From positions 1-12,054 of the forward strand of contig JBHIBS010000044.1 in assembly GCA_046759165.1 (NCBI GenBank): 12,054 bases of DNA. Reading direction: 5' to 3'. The position numbers and the translations under genes are program-made. The notes under the pieces were generated by a model, which was given only the letters and a program-made list of their open reading frames with translations, ran no database searches and was not told where the DNA came from. This document shows positions 1-8,391 of this stretch, one piece after another (within the stretch, counting starts at the first letter, position 1; every line of letters begins with the position of its first letter). The DNA is from a bacterium. GTDB taxonomy: Bacteria; UBA6262; WVXT01.

Positions 1-9
1 AGGAGCTTC

Positions 10-45
10 AATTCCGCCAGGTCTTGCCCCAGCGCTGGCGGAATT
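10..45. repeat. GC-rich palindromic hairpin (REP-like) downstream of hisA
   Basis: Perfect 11-bp inverted repeat AATTCCGCCAG (10-20) / CTGGCGGAATT (35-45) with a 14-nt loop; no U-tract on the minus strand. Confidence 0.6.
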
Positions 46-91
46 AGAGCGAGGTTCTATCCGAGCGACTCCGATAACTATCCCTTCATCC

Positions 92-817
92 TTATCTTTC
101 TGATATTTCTATAGCCTCCTGGAGCTTTATGTCACCTGTATATAGCGCCTTTCCAATAATCATGCCAGAAACACCATCCTCTTCCAGTTCCTTAATTCTC
201 TTTACATCATCCAGGCTGGAGATACCCCCACAGGCAATAACTGGAACTGCAACCTTCTCAGCGAAAGCCTTTATGCCTTTCACATTGGGCCCTTTCAACA
301 TTCCATCCTTCTTTATATCGGTGAAGATTATCTCTTTCACTCCCATCTCTTGTACCCTTTTAGCCAGAATTGTTGACCGAACAGCAGTAATCTCTCTCCA
401 ACCTCCAACAGCTACTTTTCCACCCAATGAGTCTATACTTATTACAATTCTATCTCCAGACTTTTTCAATGCTTTCCTTACTGTATCTGTATCATAAATT
501 GCCGAAGTACCCAAGATAACTTTAGCCACACCACCAGATAATAGTCTCTTAATAGTGTTTATATCTCGTATGCCACCGCCAACTTCTACAGGAACATTAA
601 TACTCTTTGCAATTTCCATAATCAGCTCAAGATTCTGGATTACACCAGAAAAAGCACCATTTAGATCCACTACGTGGATCCTTTTTGCTCCCTGAGCCTG
701 CCAGAGCTTTGCCACAAAAACAGGCTCCTTAGAAAATATAGTCTCCTGTTCCAATCTCCCCTGGACCAGGCGAACACAGTTTCCACCCCGAATGTCAATA
801 GCCGGAATAACAAGCAT
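92..817 (-). CDS. hisA: ProFAR isomerase HisA (1-(5-phosphoribosyl)-5-[(5-phosphoribosylamino)methylideneamino]imidazole-4-carboxamide isomerase)
   Basis: MLVIPAIDIRGGNCVRLVQG start, HVVDLNGA, EVGGGIR, FTDIKKDGMLKGPN, GGISS and IIGKALY motifs. Start moved from 850 to ATG 817, which follows AGGAGG (241 aa). Confidence 0.96.
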   Translation of the reverse strand: MLVIPAIDIRGGNCVRLVQGRLEQETIFSKEPVFVAKLWQAQGAKRIHVVDLNGAFSGVIQNLELIMEIAKSINVPVEVGGGIRDINTIKRLLSGGVAKVILGTSAIYDTDTVRKALKKSGDRIVISIDSLGGKVAVGGWREITAVRSTILAKRVQEMGVKEIIFTDIKKDGMLKGPNVKGIKAFAEKVAVPVIACGGISSLDDVKRIKELEEDGVSGMIIGKALYTGDIKLQEAIEISER

Positions 818-860
818 CCTCCCTCCTACAACGCCAAGTTTTCCATCCACTGTCCCCCTA

Positions 861-1023
861 ATGCGAGGGGATTTAGTGTACTAAGCATTAGAATTTTTAG
901 CCAAAAATCGAAGAAAAGAGTTTAGCCGAAACTGATCAAAGGGAATTTCGGGAAACTCCTGAAATTTTTGGCGGTACTCGAAGAGCAAAAAATTGTTAGC
1001 GAGCGAACCAAATCCCCGAGCAT
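861..1023. repeat. MITE/REP-like palindromic element in the hisB-hisA spacer
   Basis: Imperfect 17-bp terminal inverted repeats (861-877 / 1007-1023, 14/17). Internal stems GCCAAAAAT/ATTTTTGGC, GAGTTT/AAACTC, CCGAAA/TTTCGG. Shares motifs with 2922-3051. Confidence 0.55.
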
Positions 1024-1025
1024 AT

Positions 1026-1619
1026 TTACAGTCGACCTTTGGTTGAAGGAATTCCCTTTAACCTTAGATTTATCTTAACCGCTTCGCCCAAAGCTACTCC
1101 AAAGCCTTTAAAGATTGACTCAGCAACGTGATGGTTGTTCCTGCCATACCTTAAATTAACGTGCAAAGTAATACCTGCATTAATACATACTGCTCGAAAG
1201 AAATCCTCGATTAGCTCAAAATTGAACTCTCCGCTCTTCTTAGTAGTTTCGCTCCTAAACTTGACATTGAATGCCAAATAAGGCCTACTGGAGACGTCTA
1301 AACAGATTTCAGAAAGTGCCTCGTCCATTGGCACCAGTGAGAAACCATAGCGAAATATTCTCTCCTTTTTTCCCAATGCTTTCTTTATCGCCTGTCCCAG
1401 ACAAATTCCCAGGTCTTCAGTAGTATGATGGTCATCAATGTGGATATCGCCTGAAGCTTTTATCTTCAGATCAATGCAGCCGAATCTTGCCATCAGTTCC
1501 AGCATATGGTCAAGAAATGGGATTGGCGTATTTATCTCATAATTTCCCTTACCATCTAAATCTAGTTCCAATAGAATCTGTGTTTCCTTGGTCCTTCTAT
1601 CTATCTTTGCCTTTCTCAT
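1026..1619 (-). CDS. hisB: Imidazoleglycerol-phosphate dehydratase (monofunctional HisB)
   Basis: RRTKETQI, PFLDHML, DDHHTTED, VPMDEAL, NNHHVAESIFK and PSTKG motifs; GGAGGTG SD upstream. Confidence 0.97.
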   Translation of the reverse strand: MRKAKIDRRTKETQILLELDLDGKGNYEINTPIPFLDHMLELMARFGCIDLKIKASGDIHIDDHHTTEDLGICLGQAIKKALGKKERIFRYGFSLVPMDEALSEICLDVSSRPYLAFNVKFRSETTKKSGEFNFELIEDFFRAVCINAGITLHVNLRYGRNNHHVAESIFKGFGVALGEAVKINLRLKGIPSTKGRL

Positions 1620-1667
1620 CTCACCTCCAATAATAAATTTACGCTTTATCAGAGCTTCGCTGTGCCG

Positions 1668-2849
1668 CTACATCTTCCCGAGTCTTACCTTTATTGACTC
1701 TGCATGACTTCCCAGTTTTTCCACCTTTGCAAAATTGATTATATCTCGGGCTGAACTTCTCAACCCTCTCTCCGAACATGATACTACTACCATTCTTTTT
1801 AAAAAATCTTTCACCGACAATCCTGAAGAGAATCTCGCGGTGCCTCCAGTAGGCAAAACATGGCTTGGCCCTGCATAATAGTCACCAATGGCAACCGGAG
1901 ACCATTTGCCAAGAAATATTTCCCCTGCATTCTTTATCTGAGGCAAAATTCTCTCTGGCCTCTTTGTCAGGATTTCCAGATGTTCTGGAGCGAACTCATT
2001 GGCAAGTCGTATGGCTTCTTTGATACTCCCCACCCATATCAGATAGACTCCCTTTTTCTTTATCTTCTTCTGAACAACATTTTTTATTTTTCTTGAAGTG
2101 GTAATTAACCGGGCAGTGGCACCCCCACCGTGCTCTACCTGTGCTAATAGGTCGGATACTATGTAGTCAGGATTGGCATTGCTGTCGGCAATAATCAGTA
2201 TTTCCGAAGGACCAGCTAACATATCAATTCCTACATCGCCGAAAAGAAGCCTCTTAGCCGTAGTAACATACACATTTCCCGGCCCCACAATCTTATCAAC
2301 TTTGGGAATAGTCTCGGTTCCATAGGCAAAAGCTGCAATTGCCTGGGCGCCTCCAACCTTATAAATTTCGTCTACTCCGCATATCCGGGCAGCCACCAAG
2401 ACCTCAAAATTCAACTTCCCTGGAGGGGAAGCCATTGAAACCCTGGCAACACCTGCCACTTTTGCCGGCACTATCGTCATCAGCACCGAAGAGGGGTAAG
2501 CATATTTCCCTCCAGGTACATAGACCCCCACTTTCTCAACGGGACGCCAGAGCTCAAAAAAGCGAATCCCTTTCAAAGTGCCCTGTGAGAATTGTCGACT
2601 TCTCTTTATAATTTGCCTGTATTCGCGAAGGTGGAATTTCTCTACATTTTCCTTTGCTCTTTCTATTAACCTAATAAAATTTAAGCCAACCCTCTTGAAA
2701 GCTCTTCCCATCTCTCCTTTTTTCACTTTCAATTCGGTTGGCTTTAAGAGAAGACCGTCATATTTCTTTGTGTAAAAGAGTAGAGCTCCATCGCCTTGAT
2801 TCTTGACCCTCTCTATAATTTCTCTAACTTTCTCTTCCACCTTTTTCAA
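1668..2849 (-). CDS. hisD: Histidinol dehydrogenase (compact form)
   Basis: [50 protein letters not shown] and [13 protein letters not shown] motifs; TTG start bounded by an upstream in-frame TAG. Confidence 0.96.
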   Translation of the reverse strand: MKKVEEKVREIIERVKNQGDGALLFYTKKYDGLLLKPTELKVKKGEMGRAFKRVGLNFIRLIERAKENVEKFHLREYRQIIKRSRQFSQGTLKGIRFFELWRPVEKVGVYVPGGKYAYPSSVLMTIVPAKVAGVARVSMASPPGKLNFEVLVAARICGVDEIYKVGGAQAIAAFAYGTETIPKVDKIVGPGNVYVTTAKRLLFGDVGIDMLAGPSEILIIADSNANPDYIVSDLLAQVEHGGGATARLITTSRKIKNVVQKKIKKKGVYLIWVGSIKEAIRLANEFAPEHLEILTKRPERILPQIKNAGEIFLGKWSPVAIGDYYAGPSHVLPTGGTARFSSGLSVKDFLKRMVVVSCSERGLRSSARDIINFAKVEKLGSHAESIKVRLGKM

Positions 2850-2921
2850 ACCTTTTGGCTACTCCTTTCCAACGCAGACTTTCTCCTCGCCAACGTTTAA
2901 AAGATAGTTTGTGAAGATATT

Positions 2922-3051
2922 GGAATTTCAGCCAAAAAATGAGGACAACCTTTTCTCTTTCAAGCAAAAATTTGTTCGAACCCCGATTCATCGGGGTGAG
3001 TTTATTTTTGCGCCCTGCAGAGTCCGAAGTTTTTTGGCGTTAAGAAATTCC
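2922..3051. repeat. Nested palindromic (REP/MITE-like) element in the murA-hisD spacer
   Basis: Concentric arms GGAATTTC/GAAATTCC, GCCAAAAAA/TTTTTTGGC, GGAC/GTCC, GCAAAAAT/ATTTTTGC around the core ACCCCGATTCATCGGGGT (2980-2997). Confidence 0.65.
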
Positions 3052-3081
3052 TCGGTGATGAACAAATTATCTTTTAATGTC

Positions 3082-4335
3082 TTATTCTTTTATTCTCTTT
3101 ATCCTCGCTCCTAAACGCTTTAACTTTTTCTCAATATCTTCGTAACCTCTGTCGAGATGGTTAACTCCAAATATCTCAGTTTTTCCCTCTGCAACCAGAG
3201 CTGCCAGAATCAATGCTGCCGAAGCCCTCAAGTCCGTAGCCATTACGGGAGCGCCGCTGAGCTTAGGGACGCCTTTAACAATTGCACTATTACCTTTCAG
3301 CTGAACATTGGATCCCATCCTTTGAAGTTCGCCAACATGAAGAAATCTATTCTCAAATACAGTTTCTGTAATTATACTAGTACCTTTACCGAGACTCATC
3401 AGTACCATCCATTGGGCCTGCATATCAGTAGGAAAGCCAGGATAAGGAACTGTCTCAATATCGGTCGCCCTCAGATTTTTTCCCGAGCTAACTCTGATTT
3501 CCCTATTATTCAAGGTGATCTTTGCTCCAGCTTCTCTTAGTTTCGTTATCACTGCTTCCAGGTGCTCGGGGTCTGCCCCCCGAATAGCCACATTTCCTCC
3601 GGTGACTGCCGCTGCTACCATAAACGTACCCGTCTCTATTCGGTCAGGAATAACCTCGTGGATTGTCCCTGAAAGTACATTTACACCTTCGACCTCAATA
3701 ATATTAGTCCCTGCTCCTTTAATCTTTGCCCCCATCTTATTCAAAAAGTTGGCAACGTCCTGGATCTCTGGTTCGGAAGCAGCATTTTCTATGACAGTTT
3801 TTCCCTTAGCCCTCGTTGCCGCCATCATTAAATTTTCTGTTGCCCCTACACTGGGAAAATCTAAGTATATATTTGCCCCATGGAGCCTGGGGGCATCCAG
3901 CTGAACGTACCCTCTCTCCAAACTCACTTTTGCTCCCAGCTTCCTAAACCCGTGAAGGTGGAGATTGATGGGACGGGCCCCGATGGCACATCCCCCGGGC
4001 AAAGAGGCTCTCACTCGACCAAGCCTGCCCAGCAGAGGACCCATCACCAAGATAGAAGCTCGCATCTTTTTTACCAACTCATAGGGAGCTTCACTATCCA
4101 GTCTATAGCTAGAAAAAATCCTTATCCTTTTATTATGGTGAGCAATTCTCTTCCCTAAAATCCTCAATAATGCTAAAATCGTCTCCACATCCTGGAGATG
4201 AGGCACATTCTTCACCACGCAGTCCTCATCCGTCAAAAGGGTAGCGACCAGTATTGGCAAAGAGGCGTTCTTGGAACCACTGATCTTCACCACGCCAGAG
4301 AGTTTCTTTCCCCCATTAATTAGAATCTTTTCCAC
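3082..4335 (-). CDS. murA: UDP-N-acetylglucosamine 1-carboxyvinyltransferase
   Basis: ISGSKNASLPI, MRASILVMGPLL, LPGGCAIGARP (active-site Cys retained), SVGATEN, PYPGFPTDMQ, TDLRA and HLDRGYE; GTG start with GAGGAG SD. Confidence 0.98.
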   Translation of the reverse strand: MEKILINGGKKLSGVVKISGSKNASLPILVATLLTDEDCVVKNVPHLQDVETILALLRILGKRIAHHNKRIRIFSSYRLDSEAPYELVKKMRASILVMGPLLGRLGRVRASLPGGCAIGARPINLHLHGFRKLGAKVSLERGYVQLDAPRLHGANIYLDFPSVGATENLMMAATRAKGKTVIENAASEPEIQDVANFLNKMGAKIKGAGTNIIEVEGVNVLSGTIHEVIPDRIETGTFMVAAAVTGGNVAIRGADPEHLEAVITKLREAGAKITLNNREIRVSSGKNLRATDIETVPYPGFPTDMQAQWMVLMSLGKGTSIITETVFENRFLHVGELQRMGSNVQLKGNSAIVKGVPKLSGAPVMATDLRASAALILAALVAEGKTEIFGVNHLDRGYEDIEKKLKRLGARIKRIKE

Positions 4336-4354
4336 TCCTCACTCCTCTATAAAT

Positions 4355-5263
4355 CTAAAATCCTAATTTCTGAGCCACAATCACTCTATCCAGTCCAGCG
4401 TAATCTTTGACTAATTGGGGCGGAGAGAATCGTTTCTCCTTTTTAATTAGATTCATCACTGCTTTCCCTTGACGATCTCCAATTTCCATAATTAAGTAGC
4501 CACCATCGACCAAATATTTTAAGGCTTCCGGGACTATGCGATGATAGAAGTTGAGCCCCTCATTTCCTCCTTCCAATGCAGAAAGAGGCTCTTTCTTAAT
4601 CTCAGGCTGAAGCAGAACTAACTCCCTCGATTTAACATAAGGAGGATTACTCACCACAAAATCTACAGCTAAATTTGAGTTAAGCTTTTCCAACGGGCTG
4701 AACAGGTCTCCCAACAGAAATTCTACTTTTCCTCCAACATTATGAAACTTTGCATTCTTCCGAGCAACCTGTATAGCAGCTTTGCTTATGTCGGTAGCAT
4801 AAATTCTACAGGTTGCGATATTTTTGGCAAGACTTATGGCGATGTTCCCGCTCCCGGTACAAAGATCCACAATAATCAGAGAATTATCTCTGCGATATCC
4901 ACAACTTCTCGATTTCCTAATATTCCGCACCTTCTCTATTACCTTTTCCACCAAAATTTCTGTCTCGGGCCTGGGAATCAAAACATCCTTATTCAAAAAA
5001 AACTTCAATCCCATAAATTCCTTATAGCCAACAATAAAGGCCACGGGTTCCCGCCCGACCCTTATTTCAATTAACTTCTCGTAAGCGGATAACTCATCCT
5101 CAGTTAACTGGCGATCGAGATTCAAATATATTTCCAACTTCTCTATTTTCAAAACATGTGCCAGCAAGAATTCGGCATCAATCCGTGGTTCGGGTATTGC
5201 TTTTCTTTTAAGGTGCCTGGTAGCTTTATCTAAAATTTCAGAAACTGTACATCGCCTAACCAA
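4355..5263 (-). CDS. prmC: Release factor glutamine N5-methyltransferase PrmC/HemK
   Basis: [25 protein letters not shown] (SAM binding), SNPPY and KDYAGLDR; follows prfA. Start uncertain: TTG 5263 preferred (GAGG upstream, 8-nt overlap with prfA), ORF track gives 5308. Confidence 0.95.
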   Translation of the reverse strand: MVRRCTVSEILDKATRHLKRKAIPEPRIDAEFLLAHVLKIEKLEIYLNLDRQLTEDELSAYEKLIEIRVGREPVAFIVGYKEFMGLKFFLNKDVLIPRPETEILVEKVIEKVRNIRKSRSCGYRRDNSLIIVDLCTGSGNIAISLAKNIATCRIYATDISKAAIQVARKNAKFHNVGGKVEFLLGDLFSPLEKLNSNLAVDFVVSNPPYVKSRELVLLQPEIKKEPLSALEGGNEGLNFYHRIVPEALKYLVDGGYLIMEIGDRQGKAVMNLIKKEKRFSPPQLVKDYAGLDRVIVAQKLGF

Positions 5264-6338
5264 CTTGCCCTCGGCTTTCTCTTTCTTTGAATTGTTTCTC
5301 CTCGTCAACTTGTTTCAATTTTTCAATAATTCGATTAAGGTTTCCAGTCATAATATCATTGAGATTATGCCAGGTTAAGCCTATTCTGTGATCGGTTACC
5401 CTATCCTGAGGAAAATTATAAGTCCTTATCTTTTCACTGCGATCCCCAGTGCCAACCTGTTGTCTCCTCTTTGCTACCAGAGCGCGGTTCTCTTCTTCCC
5501 GAATCCTTGCTAACAACCTGGCGCGTAAAACTTTCATTGCCTTAGCTTTATTCTTCAACTGGGACCTCTCATCCTGGCATTGAGCTACCAGCCCTGTTAG
5601 AAGATGAGTGATCCTCACTGCTGAGTAAGTAGTGTTTACGCTCTGGCCCCCTTTCCCAGAGGAACAGAATGTATCTATTCTCAAATCATCGGGGTCTATT
5701 TTGACTTCCACTTCCTTCGCTTCTGGCATAACCGCTACAGTTACTGCTGAGGTGTGAATCCTACCGCTGGCCTCCGTCACCGGCACCCGTTGAACCCTGT
5801 GAACGCCTCCCTCGTATTGAAAATTACTATAAGCACCTTTCCCATCTACGCTGAAAACGACCTCCTTAAAACCACCCAATTCAGTGGGATGTGAGTCCAA
5901 GATTTCTACCTTGAAACCTATTCTTTGAGCATACCGACTATACATTCGAAACAGGTCACCGGCAAATAGAGCTGCCTCCTGTCCCCCTGTTCCAGCTCGA
6001 ATCTCGATGATAATATTCTTGTCTTTATCCGACTCTGGAGCGACAAGCAACAATTTCAATCCCTTCTCCAGCTCCTCCCTTTCTTTGGTAAGTTCCTCCA
6101 GTTCCTTCTTTGCCAGTTTTACAAGTTCCTCGTCTTCACTCATAAGGACTTCCTGAGTGGAAGAAATCCTCTTTTCAATATTTTTAAATTTCCCAAATTT
6201 ATTAACAATCGGTTGTTTCTCTGCCAGTTCTTTCGCGTATTTTTGAAAAGTCTCCTTGTCAGAAATGACTTTGGGATCGCTAAGCAATCTTTCCAATTCC
6301 TGAACGCGTGCCTCGATTATCTGTAATTTCTTTATCAC
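5256..6338 (-). CDS. prfA: Peptide chain release factor 1
   Basis: [23 protein letters not shown] (RF1-specific PxT), GGQ, and [23 protein letters not shown] start with GGAGG SD. Confidence 0.98.
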   Translation of the reverse strand: MIKKLQIIEARVQELERLLSDPKVISDKETFQKYAKELAEKQPIVNKFGKFKNIEKRISSTQEVLMSEDEELVKLAKKELEELTKEREELEKGLKLLLVAPESDKDKNIIIEIRAGTGGQEAALFAGDLFRMYSRYAQRIGFKVEILDSHPTELGGFKEVVFSVDGKGAYSNFQYEGGVHRVQRVPVTEASGRIHTSAVTVAVMPEAKEVEVKIDPDDLRIDTFCSSGKGGQSVNTTYSAVRITHLLTGLVAQCQDERSQLKNKAKAMKVLRARLLARIREEENRALVAKRRQQVGTGDRSEKIRTYNFPQDRVTDHRIGLTWHNLNDIMTGNLNRIIEKLKQVDEEKQFKERESRGQVG

Positions 6339-6353
6339 CTTAAACCTCCGTTC

Positions 6354-6875
6354 TCAGTATATCAAGTACCCCAACATGCCACAAAGAAGGATCAACCATA
6401 TAGGATGTATCCTTAGATAAAGCACTGCAAAAAATACTAAGGTAGCAGTTACGCCGGCTTTCCAGTCGACAATCATCCCACCTTTGGCCAAACTGAACAG
6501 AGCTGCAGCAATAAGACCAATTACTGCAGGCCGAATCCCCCTGAAAACTGCTTTTACCGGTGGTTGGGTTCTATAAGTATAAAAAAATGTAGCCACAAGT
6601 AAGATAGCCAAAAATGCGGGTAAAACTACACCAATAGTAGCGCATAGCCCTCCCCAGAACCCAGCAAGTTTATACCCAATAAATGTAGCCGAGTTTACAG
6701 CGATCGGTCCAGGTGTCATCTCAGCAACGGCTATAACATCAATGAATTCTTTTGGTGTCAGCCAGTTTCGCATCTCGATAATTTCTTTTTGAACCAAAGG
6801 AATTGCGGCATAACCACCGCCAAACATGAATAGACCGATTTTGAGAAAAGTTAAAAAAAGTTTAATATATAGCAT
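6354..6875 (-). CDS. Short-chain (single-domain) chromate ion transporter, CHR family
   Basis: LFLTFLKIGLFMFGGGYA, MTPGPIAVNSATFIGY and GIRPAVIGLI motifs; hydrophobic, 173 aa; overlaps the upstream gene by 14 nt. Confidence 0.9.
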   Translation of the reverse strand: MLYIKLFLTFLKIGLFMFGGGYAAIPLVQKEIIEMRNWLTPKEFIDVIAVAEMTPGPIAVNSATFIGYKLAGFWGGLCATIGVVLPAFLAILLVATFFYTYRTQPPVKAVFRGIRPAVIGLIAAALFSLAKGGMIVDWKAGVTATLVFFAVLYLRIHPIWLILLCGMLGYLIY

Positions 6876-7779
6876 TCGATTCCGCTTTTTCAGCCTCCAG
6901 AACTCCCTTCAGGGCTGCTAGAGCCACTTCAATCTGCCCATCCGACGGTTCCTTTGTAGTCAGCCTTTGCAGCCATAGATTGGAAGCAATCAGAAACTTA
7001 ACCAGTCTATGTGTTTTATATCTAGCAGCGAGTTTTATCATTTCATAAGCACTACCCGCAATGAAAGGTAAGAGCGCCAATCTCAACAAAAATTTCCCAA
7101 GTATTGTGGGGGGTTTAAAAAGTGAAAATATAAAAATTGCCAGCACCATTACCACCAGTAAGAAACTCGTACCACAGCGAGGATGGAGGGTAGTATGCTT
7201 TCGAGCATTTTCTGCTTTCAACTCATTGCCAGCCTCATAAGCATAAGCTGCCTTGTGTTCAGCACCATGGTATTGAAATAGTATCTGGATATCCTTAAGA
7301 AAAGATATCGCCAAAATATATAAAAGAAAAATCGATATTCTAATTGCTCCATCAACTAAGTTAAAAAGAAAAGTGCTTTCAAACGTCAAGACCTCACGTC
7401 GCAGGTATTCCGTAATCCCCAGCGGCAAAATGAAGAAAAGAAAAAGCCCAGCTACTAAGGAGAAAATCACCGTGCCGGCCAATGTCCAGCGGCTAGACTT
7501 CAATTTTTCTGGACGCTGGTTAGTATCCTTCTCAATGCTTTCTCTGGAGAAAATATCTGCAGAATATATCAGACTTTTTATGCCAATTACCAATGTGTCG
7601 AAGAGGACAAATAGCCCTCTGACCAGAGGGAGCCTAGAGAAAAATAATTTCTCAGCCCATTTACTCTTTGCTTCTTTCTTTACTATAATCTCTCCGTCTT
7701 TTAAACGTAAGGCAATAGCATAGTGGTGGGGGGAACTCATCACTACCCCTTCAATTACTGCCTGACCGCCGATATTCAT
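6862..7779 (-). CDS. DUF1385 family membrane protein (YqhQ-like, putative metal-dependent)
   Basis: IGGQAVIEGV, FQYHGAEHK, HPRCGTSF and LQRLTTKEP motifs; usual position between rpmE and prfA/prmC. Start moved from 7884 to ATG 7779 (MNIGGQA). Confidence 0.92.
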   Translation of the reverse strand: MNIGGQAVIEGVVMSSPHHYAIALRLKDGEIIVKKEAKSKWAEKLFFSRLPLVRGLFVLFDTLVIGIKSLIYSADIFSRESIEKDTNQRPEKLKSSRWTLAGTVIFSLVAGLFLFFILPLGITEYLRREVLTFESTFLFNLVDGAIRISIFLLYILAISFLKDIQILFQYHGAEHKAAYAYEAGNELKAENARKHTTLHPRCGTSFLLVVMVLAIFIFSLFKPPTILGKFLLRLALLPFIAGSAYEMIKLAARYKTHRLVKFLIASNLWLQRLTTKEPSDGQIEVALAALKGVLEAEKAESNAIY

Positions 7780-7807
7780 ATATAGCTCTCGCTTCCTCCT
7801 AAAACCC

Positions 7808-7837
7808 AATAAAAAGATACCCCGTTTCCCGGGGCTC
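7808..7837 (-). terminator. Intrinsic terminator-like hairpin between rpmE and DUF1385
   Basis: Minus strand GA-GCCCCG-GGAAA-CGGGGU-AUC followed by UUUUUAUU. Confidence 0.65.
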
Positions 7838-7844
7838 CCAACCA

Positions 7845-7893
7845 AGCAGGAACATACCTCCGGACTCCCGCCCGGCCTCACCATATTCAGGCT
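7845..7893 (-). promoter_or_regulatory. Candidate structured RNA element starting at the rpmE stop codon
   Basis: AGC/GCU, GAAUAUG/UAUGUUC and CCGGGC-GGGA-GUCCGG (GNRA tetraloop) stack into one long hairpin with several G-U pairs and a purine-rich internal loop; GC-rich relative to flanks. Confidence 0.45.
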
Positions 7894-8170
7894 ATTTAGA
7901 CATCTCCTTGCCCTTCGTCTTCTTAGCAGTTGTCTTCTTAGTCCTTGTTTTTTTTCGCACAGTCTTCCCAGCCGTTCTCGTATATCGCCGTCTAAACTTT
8001 TCCACCCTCCCTGCTGTATCGACTAATTTCTGTCTACCTGTGAAAAATGGATGGCAGGCAGAACAGATCTCCACACGGATAGTCTTCACTGTTGAGCGAG
8101 TACGGATCACATTCCCACAGGCACAAGTAATTGTGGTTTCGAAATATTTAGGATGTATTCCCTTTTTCAT
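7892..8170 (-). CDS. rpmE: 50S ribosomal protein L31, zinc-binding type, with a Lys/Thr-rich C-terminal tail
   Basis: [13 protein letters not shown]...[10 protein letters not shown] (four Cys) and DTAGRVEKF. Confidence 0.97.
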   Translation of the reverse strand: MKKGIHPKYFETTITCACGNVIRTRSTVKTIRVEICSACHPFFTGRQKLVDTAGRVEKFRRRYTRTAGKTVRKKTRTKKTTAKKTKGKEMSK

Positions 8171-8263
8171 CTCGGTTTTCCCTCTTGTTTAATATATGCA
8201 CCATTCCGTTCAGCAAGATCCTAAATTCGACACCCTGCACGATTTGAAATTGTGGTACAGAGA

Positions 8264-8391
8264 TCATTGTAGGTCCGAATTGGAAATCGGCGCTTGACAA
8301 TCTCAAGATTGCGCAGTTTATTCCGAGCGAAAGTGAGGAATCTCACTCAGAGTTTGCTTCGCCTCGCAACCGTTTCCGCTCCTGCCAATGA
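8264..8391. repeat. Composite degenerate REP-like palindromic element
   Basis: Bounded by TCATTG...CAATGA; internal CAATCTCAAGATTG palindrome, TTCCGAGCGAAAGTGAGGAATCTC and GAGTTTGCTTCGCCTCGCAA blocks. Confidence 0.5.

Noticed and set aside
818..850. 11-aa N-terminal extension of HisA in the ORF track
   Set aside because: The family start and the SD point to ATG 817.
4875..4930. Basic insert in PrmC ([16 protein letters not shown]) as an in-frame repeat or intein
   Set aside because: It lies in the naturally variable linker before the SAM motif, with no palindrome or intein signatures.
7780..7884. 35-aa N-terminal extension of DUF1385
   Set aside because: It runs through the hairpin and terminator, whereas family similarity starts at MNIGGQA.
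7808..7893. SRP RNA, tRNA, hammerhead ribozyme or fluoride riboswitch
   Set aside because: Lacks the SRP CAGG/AGCA loop, a cloverleaf with T-loop, the CUGANGA...GAAA core and the crcB consensus.
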